A DNA stretch of 34,243 bases from Octopus bimaculoides (Eukaryota): NCBI RefSeq assembly GCF_001194135.2, contig NC_068988.1, positions 39,379,907-39,414,149 of the forward strand. The letters are read 5' to 3'. A program made the translations under genes and the position numbers. Positions within the stretch are counted from its first letter, which is position 1, and each line of letters opens with the position of its first letter. This document shows, piece by piece, positions 1 through 11,396 of this stretch. The notes under the pieces are model-generated. The model had not been told where the DNA came from, did no database searches, and saw only the letters and a program-made list of their open reading frames with translations.

Positions 1-61
1 CATACATACATAGATACATACATACATACATACATACATACATACAAACATACATACATAT
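1..61. repeat. (CATA)n microsatellite
   Basis: Direct tetranucleotide run. Confidence 0.95.
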
Positions 62-119
62 ATAGGCGGTGATCCAGCATGGCCACAGTTATTGAACTGA
101 AACATATAAAAGAATAAAA

Positions 120-121
<2 letters not shown>

Positions 122-160
<39 letters not shown>

Positions 161-164
161 AACA

Positions 165-201
<37 letters not shown>
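122..201. repeat. compound (TA)n-(GA)n microsatellite
   Basis: Direct dinucleotide runs. Confidence 0.95.
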
Positions 202-204
202 TTT

Positions 205-340
205 CGGTATTTCGTCCGTCTTTACGTTCTATGTTCAAAATTACGCCGGGGTGGAGTTCACAATTCATCTTTTTGCGTTATATAAGATAATTACCAGCTG
301 ATAATTATTTGGGCCTTGTGCCAAAATGTGAAACCAATAT
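205..340 (+). mobile_element. tRNA-derived SINE family A, degraded copy
   Basis: ggtatttcgtccgtctttacgttctatgttcaaa (B-box-like) and tail ggccttgtgccaaaatgtgaaacc are shared with many copies in the window. Confidence 0.8.
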
Positions 341-781
341 TTCTTGCGCTGAAATGTGTGTTCGAACACAACGTCACAATTGTTTACCTTCATATGGATT
401 ATGAAATTATTTCAGTCAATCAGTTCTTCAATTGGTTAATATGTGTGTGTTTTAGTAACCATTTGTATCTCTCTTCGTAACCGGAAGACATATTCATCTC
501 CCCAAATTTACTTCATGGAGCAGGGTAATTTCATATCACTTCTTCTCAGATCCACTTCATCCACTCCTTTCTATTTCCTCTCGTCCCCTCATTCTGGCCT
601 GGCACTAACTGCTATGACCAAGGGTTTCTTGTCTCTAGAATTTCACTCTTCTGAAATTCTGCTTTCATCAATTCGCAGTTAAGAGGATTATAAACCCACC
701 GGTTTCAAAGCACCATGAACCGTTTATCTAGGACTTCGTGAACTGGAAACTGAACCCAGTTTCTGTAGTCAAGATATCAGC

Positions 782-1002
782 TTCAAATTTTGGCATAAGG
801 CCGGCAGTTTTGGGGAAAAGGGCCAAGTTGATTATATCGACCCGGTCTCAGTGCTCAACTCTGGTACTTATTTTATCGACCCTGAAAGGGATGACAAGCA
901 AAGCCAACTTCGACGGAATTTGAACTCAGAACCTTAGAGACGGACGAAATGGTGTTAAGTACTTTGGCCGGAATGTTAACGACACTCTCAGCTCGTCGCC
1001 TT
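782..1002 (-). mobile_element. tRNA-derived SINE family A, near full length
   Basis: Reverse complement of the 3471-3662 type: ctggtacttattttatcgaccctgaaagg...ggaatttgaactcaga...gacggacgaaat. Confidence 0.85.
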
Positions 1003-1860
1003 ATCTGTAGTTAAGATATTGCAAGTTAGATATTTTATTCAAAGTAGTGGCTGTTACACACACATTATAAAATAGTGCCAAAATAAGAGGCAATGCAACG
1101 CAATAACACCAAATGAAATTAAAGATAGCAATCTAAAAAAGAAATGCTAACATATATTTCAATATCTAAATCATGTTTATTAAAAGCAAATTGTGTTTAA
1201 TGAATAATGTTTATTAAAAGCAAATGTGTGATCATGTTCTTAAGTAAAATAAAATCAATTATTTTTAATGACCTTTGACTGTTAGTGTGAATATTTTTTT
1301 GAATTAAGAGAAAAACGAAAATATTTCATTTTGTTCTACTCAGAAATAAAAAAAAAACATAATATTATTTAATGTTTGTTTCATTAAACACACTTGGCAA
1401 TATTTTGAATAAAGCTCATTCCACCTCCATCACTACACTAACCGTAGATTTAAAAAAGAATAGTTGTTGGAGAAATAAAATTTCATCTTAATTAAAATTA
1501 AGGCAAAATTTCCTCATTATAAAAATAAATTACTTTTGAAAATAAATTCGTGATTATTTTTACTCCAACATTGATTAAATCTACGTACTCGAATGTGGGC
1601 GTGACGCCATATAGACGAAAAAATTAAATGAAGGAATAAAGAATACGCTGTATTGAGTCTCTTATTGTCGCCGTCCAGATCCACGGCGTTTGAATAGAGC
1701 AGTTATTTGTAAAGTATAAATCGGCCCAGCCCTGCACCAGCCAACCAAGGAGCTTGTACATGGTAGCTCGGCCTGCAACAAAAGCTCCTTCATATTACAC
1801 CGTATCATCATAAAGAGGGAAGGACGTATTGGATAGTGTGTGTGTGTCTGTATATGTTGT

Positions 1861-2050
1861 TGGCACTTCGTCGCTTACGACGTTGAGGGTTCCAGTTGAT
1901 CCGATCAACGGAACAGTCTGCTCGTGAAATTAATGTGCAAGTGGCTGAGCACTCCACAGACACGTGTACCCTTAACGTAGTTCTCGGGGATATTCAGCGT
2001 AACACAGTGTGACAAGGCTGACCCTTTGAATTACAGGCACAACAGAAACA
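1861..2050 (-). mobile_element. SINE-like dispersed repeat body (second family), truncated by gap
   Basis: GC-rich block (gttccagttgatccgatcaacggaacag...gtggctgagcactccacagacacgtgtaccc) that I recognise from memory as an abundant octopus repeat. Family name and strand are inference. Confidence 0.5.
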
Positions 2051-2482
2051 GGAAGTAAGAATGAGAGAAAGTTGTGGTGGAAGAGTACAGCAGGATTCGC
2101 CNNNNNNNNNNNNNNNNNNNNNNNNNNNNNNNNNNNNNNNNNNNNNNNNNNNNNNNNNNNNNNNNNNNNNNNNNNNNNNNNNNNNNNNNNNNNNNNNNNN
2201 NNNNNNNNNNNNNNNNNNNNNNNNNNNNNNNNNNNNNNNNNNNNNNNNNNNNNNNNNNNNNNNNNNNNNNNNNNNNNNNNNNNNNNNNNNNNNNNNNNNN
2301 NNNNNNNNNNNNNNNNNNNNNNNNNNNNNNNNNNNNNNNNNNNNNNNNNNNNNNNNNNNNNNNNNNNNNNNNNNNNNNNNNNNNNNNNNNNNNNNNNNNN
2401 NNNNNNNNNNNNNNNNNNNNNNNNNNNNNNNNNNNNNNNNNNNNNNNNNCATCAAAGGTAATAATTATTTAAAATTATTATA

Positions 2483-2647
2483 CAGGGTATCAAGAGATAC
2501 CACCACGCTGAAAAAATAGCAGTCAAATTTTTACTGGTTTATTTGGTCTTCGTCTTCGCTAATCGTGCCTTGCGGACATTTATTGTGGTTTTGGAGTCAG
2601 GATTTGACTGCTATTTTTTCAGCGTGGTGGTATCTCTTGATACCCTG
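2483..2647. mobile_element. Tc1/mariner-type MITE, 165 bp, perfect 46-bp TIRs, TA target duplication
   Basis: 2483-2528 cagggtatcaagagataccaccacgctgaaaaaatagcagtcaaat is the exact reverse complement of 2602-2647. TA at 2481-2482 and 2648-2649. A CAGGG start is typical of Tc1/mariner TIRs. Confidence 0.9.
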
Positions 2648-2674
2648 TATTATAATTTTAAATATATATATAAT

Positions 2675-2890
2675 CCTTTCTACTGTAGAACAGGGCTTCA
2701 GATTTGTCGGGAGGGGGACTAATCGATTACATCGACTCCATTGTTTCACTGGTACTTAATTTATCGACTCCGAAGAAAAGATGAAAGATAAAATCGACGT
2801 TGGTGGAATTTGAACTCAGAACGTAGCAACGGGATAGATATCGGTAAGCATTTCGTCCGGCGTGCAAACGATTCTCCCATCTCACCACCT
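2675..2890 (-). mobile_element. tRNA-derived SINE family A
   Basis: aatcgattacatcgac...ctggtacttaatttatcgac...ggaatttgaactcagaacgtag...aagcatttcgtccggcgtgcaaacgattc. Confidence 0.85.
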
Positions 2891-3254
2891 TAGATAGATA
2901 ATAGTTATAAGCTTTAAGCTTATAAGTGATCACCGTGTATTGGCTACAGAAAAAAGTCACGGTGAACGCTTATAACATGTGTGTGTGTGTGTGTGTGTGC
3001 ATAGATAGATAGACAGGTAGATATACATACACACGTGCAGTTGCGCGCATACATTAAGGTTCTTTCCAGTCAAAAGCTGCGTGGATGGTGTCAGTAACAC
3101 GGGTTGTCTCTTCTTATTGAAAGATCGTCCACACGTCTTAGTTCTCTCTATCACTATGGAAACTGATCTCGCCAACGTATGTATAGCAGTCTCTGTGGAA
3201 AGATACATGGCACAATTATGATACTTTTAGAATTTAATCTTGATCTATTGGGAG

Positions 3255-3264
3255 AAGTGTTTGT

Positions 3265-3332
<68 letters not shown>

Positions 3333-3336
3333 GTTT

Positions 3337-3367
<31 letters not shown>
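3255..3367. repeat. compound (TG)n-(GA)n microsatellite
   Basis: Direct runs. Confidence 0.95.
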
Positions 3368-3373
<6 letters not shown>

Positions 3374-3470
3374 GGTAGACTGAGAATATGAAAGAAACAG
3401 AGAGATGAAAGGGAGCAGTCTGAGACAGAGGAAGAGAGAAAAAGTCATATAATATTTCTGACAGACCAAG

Positions 3471-3662
3471 GCGACGAGATGGAAGAATCGTTAGCGTGCT
3501 TGGAAAAATAATTAGCGGCATTTCGTTCGTCTTTACGTTCAGAGTTCAAATTAGGCTGAGGTCGACTTTGTCATCCTTTCGAGTCGATAAAATAAGTACC
3601 AGTTGAGCACCAGGGTCGTTGTATATCAAAATTGCTGGTCTTGTGCCGAAATTTGAAACCAG
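3471..3662 (+). mobile_element. tRNA-derived SINE family A, near full length
   Basis: A-box-like TGGAAGAATCG, B-box-like GAGTTCAAATT, body gtcgataaaataagtaccagttgagcac, tail cttgtgccgaaatttgaaacc. Confidence 0.88.
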
Positions 3663-3770
3663 TTTTTCGAACAGATCTCGCAATCTATTTTTTAATGCGG
3701 ATGAATATACTGAAGTAAATTAACTTCAGTTCTTGACTGGTAATTATCTAACCATACTCTGAAGAATCTT

Positions 3771-3955
3771 TTCTACTCTAAGCACAAGGCCCGAAAGTTT
3801 TGGGGAGGGGACCAGTCGATTAAATCGTCCCCAGTACGCAACTGGTACTTAATCAATCGACCCCGAAAGGACGAGAGATAAAGTCGACCTCGGCGGAAAA
3901 CCATTCCCTGAAAAATGAAAAGCGAAGTCGATCTGGGCGAGATTTGATCTAACAC
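3771..3955 (-). mobile_element. tRNA-derived SINE family A, head truncated, internal partial duplication
   Basis: gcacaaggcccgaaagttttggggagggg...actggtactt...aaagtcgacctcggcgg, followed by a second gaaaagcgaagtcgatctgggcga. Confidence 0.85.
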
Positions 3956-4387
3956 CGTAATGACAAGTAACTAGTACCGTATGCTATTCCTCTCTACTGA
4001 GTCATCTCGACTGATCTCATTCCATTGGCCTTCGTAGTTATTCGTATGTAATCGTTTTTGTTTTATGTCACATCCATCGGTGGATGTCGTTGTTGTCGAT
4101 GTCGTTGATGTGTAGCCCCAAGCCAGCTGTACTCTGCGATATGCGGTTAGTCGGTCAAATAACTATGCGCGACACACATATTCTGTTATTTCAGTTATAG
4201 CTGAGAGCCATTCTGTACACTGTATCGTGCGCTGAGGCATCTCACGAAGGCTTAGAGATAGATACAACACTTTCAAAGGTTCTAGTGGTGTAACGTGATG
4301 TGAGGTAAAATTAAAACTACATTTTAACTGTAAACGGTAACCGCAATTATAAAAAAAATATTATCAATATTTTAAAAACAGGACGAA

Positions 4388-4560
4388 GCGCGTGGCTTAG
4401 TGGTTAGGGTGTTGGATTCATGATGGTAAGATTGTGCCTCAGTTCGCTCAGCTGGCAAAAGTGAGTAATCCTGCAACAGACCAGTGTCCCATCCAAGTGG
4501 GTAATATATACCCCATGAAAACTAGCCCTATGAGTCTACATGACTAGGGAAGGAACTTTA
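4388..4560 (+). mobile_element. tRNA-head SINE family B, internally deleted
   Basis: A-box TGGCTTAGTGG at 4393, tRNA-like gttagggtgttggattcatgat, then non-tRNA body ctgcaacagaccagtgtcccatcc; B-box region missing. Confidence 0.6.
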
Positions 4561-5770
4561 TTCTTACTTTAATTCTTATTTTAAAGACGCATTAATATGA
4601 GCGTCGTTAGGAAGTTCTGAATGAGTCAAACCTAAAAAGCCATCCCCATTTCCAGTTGTCACTGCTTCCCCGCTTCTCAATGTTTAATTAAATACTATTA
4701 GATAAGGTACAATTTTAAATCTCATTCCCAACCAGCTGACGAAGGAGCCTCTTTATCAGTTTCGATTTTTCTCAACTGGCCAGGTGTTCTTGGTTTTGAA
4801 ATTTCATCGATGTTTCTTGAACTCTTTTTCTAAGAATGGATGTTGACCCTACGGAAACTCATTTACTCCAGAGAGGTGATCCATATTAGTCTAGCCTCAA
4901 TCCTTTGACATATCCAGCATGAAAGGCCCTACCAGGAGTTTGTGTTCCGCTGGTATGGCTTTCAGGGTCAACGATGAAAAAAAGACGCCAGACCGCTACA
5001 AGAACTAGACCTCGTGGTGGCAGTAGATACATGGATGGAATAATGTTCTGCAGCAGCGAAAAGTATTATTTTAATAACTAGTCAAATCAAATCAATAAGA
5101 AGCAAAATTTATGTATTTCTTCTTTATCAAATATTTCACCACGTTGACTTTATTTCTCTTCTTCTTCTGCATTTCGTTAATTTAATAATAGTTTTGCAAG
5201 AGATGATCAAAATCGGAATTTTATGGTTTTCGTATTAGAATTGCAGCTGGATTAGATTTCTGCATACAAATGTTAGAAAAACAAGTGATGTATTTCGTTA
5301 GGAGGTTATTGAGGTCGGTCACAACGGAATTCAATTATTCCAATCCTCTAACCTTAAGCTACAGCTGGTGATTTATTAGATAAGAAGCTTAAAAATAAAA
5401 CGGAAAAAACTCAAGAAAATAAAATATTTTGTGACAAATAATAAAATTTTATCTTTCTCACATTTTTTAAAGAACAAAAACAGCAATAAAATAAAAGAAG
5501 TAAGTAACAAATGGCAATGGCCCTTACAAACACACTAAAACACACTCTCTCACATGCATACACGAAACCATATAAATATATGTATACAAATACAGACATA
5601 CAAGCATATATGTATGCGTACATAGGTGCATCTTGAAAAATGAAACCACACATATTGGGATACACGATCATCTAAGCACACAGACACAAGCACTCTTAAT
5701 GAGCACATTTATACAAACGCACACTGAATGAAGACGTCCACACAAACAAGCAGGAAACAAGCAAACACCC

Positions 5771-5802
5771 ACACGCACGCACTCACACACACGCACGCAC
5801 AC

Positions 5803-5874
<72 letters not shown>
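5771..5874. repeat. (CA)n microsatellite
   Basis: Direct run. Confidence 0.95.
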
Positions 5875-5876
<2 letters not shown>

Positions 5877-6094
5877 ATTCAGCATTATTCAGCAATACAA
5901 AGCATACTTATACATGTTACTACCACACACTTAAGAATATTTAAAAACTCAGCACTCAAACATATTTAAACTCTGAATTAATACAATGCTGGCTCTTCAT
6001 ACTAACAGTTACAACGTACAGTATTATAATAGCATATATCATCACCACGAACATAAGAATTCGCAATGACTCACGCAAACACACATAATCTCGG

Positions 6095-6172
6095 ACGCCA
6101 ACAGGACACTGATAGAATGGAATTTCCTTGCCCCGCACGCCAACAGGACACTGATAGAATGGAATTTCCTTG
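6095..6172. repeat. perfect 36-bp direct repeat x2 (period 42)
   Basis: acgccaacaggacactgatagaatggaatttccttg at 6095-6130 and 6137-6172. Confidence 0.95.
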
Positions 6173-7989
6173 TCTTCATGTGATTTCAAAATGTACCATA
6201 GTCAGATTTATTTCGGTAAACAGACAATTCCTTACATAGATATAGATCTTTTTATTTACAAAGGAAAAAGATAAGACTATTCCAAGACGAACATGCATTT
6301 CCCAAGGGCATTTACCATATGTGAACTAGTATTGTGGTACCAGGTTATAATTTTGGTCTGCACTATGTCTTCTCTGTTAACTGTGAAAAAATAAATGATA
6401 CACAGATTAAGAATTCAGAGAACTTTACTGGCGGATAAAAGGATAGCCAGTCCTTCATAACTTATTTCAGTGACATAACGATCCAAATGCTTTCAGTGCA
6501 GTGGCCTCAACTAAAGACGCCCAAATGCCAGTGGGCGGTGTTAAACCGGAAAAGAGCTTAAGTTCACTGACTAGTATTGCCATTGAAAGGAGCTACTTAG
6601 TCTATAAATCTTCAGTTAGAAACTTGATTGGGGATACAGGCTTACACATTCGAAGATTTAGTTCGCAATTGTTAAAAGTAATGATTTGCCACAGTAAATT
6701 TCTGATAATGGAATGCGAAGATACGCTCCTTCGCTTAGTACTCTCAGACCTTAACGGTATCGATTTGGTTACTTGCTTTTCTCTTCACACAAGAAGGTGC
6801 CCTTAATATGTATACCACAAAGAGGACGCTGTGAGATTTCATGAGTCTTATTTTAACAAACAGTCGAAGAGTGAAGTACTGCGTTGAAGTGTCAATGCGA
6901 GATTATAAGTCTATGAAAAGATTCTGCGACTTTGTTAAGTAGCTGCGTGGGTATTTTCTGATGTTAGGCTGTGCTTGTGGCGCGATTTCATTTTCAATTT
7001 GGATTATTTTACATAATTTGCTTCATGTACCATTGTATGTGATTGAAGTCGCTTCCCACTTCTTGGTAAACGCCAAACCAAAGGACAAGTTTCCGCATTT
7101 GAACTCTGCTTCATTTCTATTACCCGCAGTGTCGAGCAAATGAAAGCTTCCGTAAAACTGAGCTGGCGATGAACTTTTGATTCTTAGTGGAAATGTTTCA
7201 TTTGAAGCGTTCGTCGTGTCATTCTCTTTGGTTAATACTAAAGGAACCTTTCCTTTAAAATATCCTCATCATATTCTTTAAAATATAGCACAATCGAACT
7301 AAAGACGCAGTAATCAGCAATGGGTTAACGATTGGTTCTTTTCTTTCTCCAGTTTTTGATAAAAGGAAAGAATTTTAAAACCAAATATAGACACACCTCA
7401 ACTCGTTTCGATTTAAGATATTTTCGACTTTACGTCGGTCTCAGTAAACATATTTAAAAACATAACAAGTTGAAGATAGTCACGAAAAAGTAATACTGAA
7501 GTGGAAAATAGAAAAAAAAAACATACATGTGAGAATATGTAAGAAAAACAACAAAAGAAACCATCTATTAAAACAGGCATAAACTAATAATTTTAAAAAA
7601 TGTCTTCGTTTTACGTTATGTAGTTTTTCAATTTAAGTCATATATCTTGGAACCAACAGCCGTATGTTGAGGCATGGCTATACTTCTAGTCAGAGATAAT
7701 GAAAAAAGTTAAAAGAAATGAAAATATCTGAAGAATTCGATGCAAAGCATTAAAATCAATAGAATCAGACCGAAAAATTGATGTAAATGGATGCTAGTGA
7801 TTATAGAGTTACCAATAGACGATCAAAATGCTTGATTTTGGTTTAGATTATATAATAGATAACTCACATTCTAATCTAAACTCATGAAATTACTTAGACG
7901 TAGTGCATGGAAAATAACATCACGTTTCTGGTGAGTTCTACCGGATGGACTGATTAAATGAGAAACATAAGTCTGATCGTACACAGATA

Positions 7990-8260
7990 TATAATCAGAC
8001 TTACATATACACATACATACATGCACACAAACATAGATATGTTTACAAAGATATATGTATACGAGCATATATACACATAAACGTGCAGATATATATATAT
8101 ATATATATATATACACGTACATGTGTATGTACAGATGTATACATAAATATACATATGTATACATACATACATGCATACATACTCATTTACATACATACAT
8201 ATATATATATATACAAATACACACACAGGCACATACATACATATACGAATATATGCATAA
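7990..8260. repeat. degenerate (TA)n/(CATA)n low-complexity tract
   Basis: Direct; explains the YI/VY/CM-rich ORFs. Confidence 0.9.
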
Positions 8261-9587
8261 AAGTTCATGCGAAGGCATATATCGCATTGGACTGAACGAA
8301 TGGTTAGAGTTTTCAGACAACATGTCTGGCTTTATTTAGTTACGACCTTAAGCATACAGAGTTTAGTTTCCGCTGAACTCGTCTCTGCTTGTCATCAGTT
8401 CGCACTCGAGAGAAGTACCAGTGGAGTACTGGTGTCTATAGAATTCACTGTCCCCATGAAATGTGACTGATGCTCCGTTGCTAGATGCATCTGGTACTTA
8501 AAGCTCACTCAACCGACTCTTTTTATTCGCGCTATTGGGTGAATAAACAGTCGTAGTAATATATGTATATTGTCCACCACTACATTCCTCCATGGTATAA
8601 ATTTAATTTGTGTATACAAATTTAATTTGTGGTCCGTGGGAAGAGCCATTTTAACGATGCGTCCTGCCCTAAATCTTCGAAACGCCTGTGTTAGAATGGG
8701 GTTAGCTGATGAAGGAAAATGTTCTCTATGTGGCCTGTGTGTTTTCTGTACTCTGGTTATTATTATTTTTTGTCTACGTTTTGTTTGCAATGTCCTTTAC
8801 CCAGATATGCACCTATATATACAGGTAGACATAGGTATGCACATACCTGTACGTATATATGCATATACTNNNNNNNNNNNNNNNNNNNNNNNNNNNNNNN
8901 NNNNNNNNNNNNNNNNNNNNNNNNNNNNNNNNNNNNNNNNNNNNNNNNNNNNNNNNNNNNNNNNNNNNNNNNNNNNNNNNNNNNNNNNNNNNNNNNNNNN
9001 NNNNNNNNNNNNNNNNNNNNNNNNNNNNNNNNNNNNNNNNNNNNNNNNNNNNNNNNNNNNNNNNNNNNNNNNNNNNNNNNNNNNNNNNNNNNNNNNNNNN
9101 NNNNNNNNNNNNNNNNNNNNNNNNNNNNNNNNNNNNNNNNNNNNNNNNNNNNNNNNNNNNNNNNNNNNNNNNNNNNNNNNNNNNNNNNNNNNNNNNNNNN
9201 NNNNNNNNNNNNNNNNNNNNNNNNNNNNNNNNNNNNNNNNNNNNNNNNNNNNNNNNNNNNNNNNNNNNNNNNNNNNNNNNNNNNNNNNNNNNNNNNNNNN
9301 NNNNNNNNNNNNNNNNNNNNNNNNNNNNNNNNNNNNNNNNNNNNNNNNNNNNNNNNNNNNNNNNNNNNNNNNNNNNNNNNNNNNNNNNNNNNNNNNNNNN
9401 NNNNNNNNNNNNNNNNNNNNNNNNNNNNNNNNNNNNNNNNNNNNNNNNNNNNNNNNNNNNNNNNNNNNNNNNNNNNNNNNNNNNNNNNNNNNNNNNNNNN
9501 NNNNNNNNNNNNNNNNNNNNNNNNNNNNNNNNNNNNNNNNNNNNNNNNNNNNNNNNNNNNNNNNNNNNNNNNNNNNNNNNNNNNNNN

Positions 9588-10197
9588 ACTTATCAGGCAG
9601 GTAGAGCATGAAGACACCGGGTATTCCTCATACAAGATGAGAAAAGGTCAATTTTTATCCCAAACGGTCAATATTTATACCACAAGGTCAATTTTTATCC
9701 CACAAGAGGAAAGACCGCACTACGAAGCTTTTGAACAAACTCAAACATCCCCTTCAACCGAACATGCTTTGGTTTTTCTGAGGCGAGAAAATTTCTGCCC
9801 GGATCAGATGGTGAACACAACCGTTGGCTAGCCGTGTTCCCAAAACATGTACCGAGAGTGATAAGAATCAAACATCTAGTCAACATCATGGTGTTTGAAG
9901 TGATCACTAGTGATGGCGACGTTATACTTCCATCCATTTTCCCACGCGGCCTCAAACTCCATACGGAGGCCTACATCAAGTATCTGGAGGAGATAGTGCT
10001 GCCCTGGGTCAAGAGGGTGGCTGCTGGAAGACGCTATGTCTGGTAACGGGACTCTGCACCATGCCACACAAGCAGAAGAACCCAGTCATGGCTGTTAGAC
10101 GATTTTTGCGACCACATAATCCTTAACATCTGCCCACCTAATTCCCCAGACTGTAACCCTCTTGATCATTATGTGTGGGATACAGCTGAGAGAGAGA

Positions 10198-10253
<56 letters not shown>

Positions 10254-10490
10254 AACAAAACCCCTTGTAACATCAAAGATGAACTGAAAGCAAGGATTAT
10301 GGCAGCATTCACCAACTTAAAAACTAGGAGACCATCCAGAAGAGATGCAGAAGATTCTGAAGTCGTCTGGAGGCCGTGGTTGAAGTCAATGACTATTTTA
10401 TTGAATAAATTTACTGTTTAGAATTTCAAGATATTTTTATGTAATTTTGGTAAATACATCAGTTAAAATGAGATGATGTTAGTGTTATTT
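9588..10490 (+). pseudogene. DD37D (maT) Tc1/mariner-superfamily transposase fossil
   Basis: Frames give IRQVEHEDTGYSSYKMRKGQFLSQ / KLLNKLKHPLQPNMLWFF / NIMVFEVITSDGD..LPWVKRVAAGRRYVW*RDSAPCH...PPNSPDCNPLDHYVW. Second Asp at 10050 and third Asp at 10164 are 37 residues apart. Contains stops and frameshifts. Confidence 0.9.
10188..10252. repeat. (GA)n microsatellite inside the maT transposase
   Basis: Run interrupts YVWDTAER...SNKTPCNIKDELKARIMAAF. Confidence 0.95.
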
Positions 10491-10499
10491 TCATTTTTG

Positions 10500-10715
10500 C
10501 GTTGTTTGGATCTCATTGGTTGAGAATCTTTCATCCTGTTGATCAAAAAAGTCATCAACAACAGATATGACGTCACCATCACTGCGATACTGATTCCCAA
10601 CCAAGTGTTTTTTCATGATGGGGAGCAGATGATCGCTACTTGATGCCAAATCAAGAGAAAAAGGAGAGCGATCAACCAGATCAAAGGGACAGTCGTGCGC
10701 TGCAGCCATTGAAAC
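10500..10715 (-). pseudogene. mariner (DD34D-type) transposase C-terminal fossil
   Basis: AAAHDCPFDLVDRSPFSLDLASSSDHLLPIMKKHLVGNQYRSDGDVISVVDDFFDQQDERF resembles the HPPYSPDLAPSDYHLF..MKKHL region of mariners. Confidence 0.85.
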
Positions 10716-11349
10716 CAATATATATATGCAGTAATTAACTAGTATGTAGAAATCATGCATATTCTTGGATATCCAAAAGGAGACTGTCGGGTATGCTTGC
10801 ATTATAATCCGAGTTTACTTTAGAAAGCAAAACAAGACAGGATACTTCTTTCATAAAAATATATAATATTTATAAGATATTTATGAAATATATAATATAT
10901 AATGGATCTCTTAACATGAAACTATTTTTACCCTGCTAACCCATAAATAAAGAATATTTACCCACCAATGCGGTGTCGAGTACTCATTCTTGCTGTTTGA
11001 TGTTAGCGAATGTTTTGATAAATAAAATGACACAATCTTTTGGAGAAAAGTTTTCGTATCGTTTGAAAGCGCTTTCATAAATTCAACTTTTCAAACACAT
11101 GTTATGGGCCATTCTGTATAAATATTTTATCGATGTTGAGTTGCTGTAAATCCAAAAATGACACCCTAAAACTAGAACCTTGTGAAATACGGAATTTAAT
11201 GTTGAAACTGTTTCCAATATCTTCACTGGCAGGAATAAAGAGTGAAAGCAGAACTAGAGAAGAGTGCAGAGATGGTCTGTCCTTCAAGAGAGGCGTTGCG
11301 AAAGAATCTGCTGACATCGCAAAAAGTCATTTAGATCTATTCTCCTTGA

Positions 11350-11396
<47 letters not shown>

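Noticed and set aside
1173-1225. 19-bp duplication atgtttattaaaagcaaat (also short duplications at about 8598-8631 and 32502-32530)
   Set aside because: Short AT-rich slippage duplications are expected background in this type of DNA.
6095-6172. 36-bp repeats as a CRISPR array
   Set aside because: Only two units, a 6-nt spacer, eukaryotic context and no cas genes.
7122-7139. LLDTAG on the minus strand as a small-GTPase G3 motif
   Set aside because: No QE after DTAG, and no P-loop or NKxD motif at appropriate spacing; likely chance.
8330-8410. Minus-strand CTGATGA...GGAAAC as a hammerhead
   Set aside because: Stems I and III cannot be formed with a valid NUH triplet; at best a very decayed relic.
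8670-8730. CGAAAC followed by CTGATGA as a type II hammerhead
   Set aside because: Stem II pairing would overlap the core and stem I is not convincing.
11102-11317. ORF with FNIKFRISQGSSFRVSFLDL resembling the PLE RT IKFT...FLD region
   Set aside because: No upstream YxDD or other collinear motif; similarity too short.
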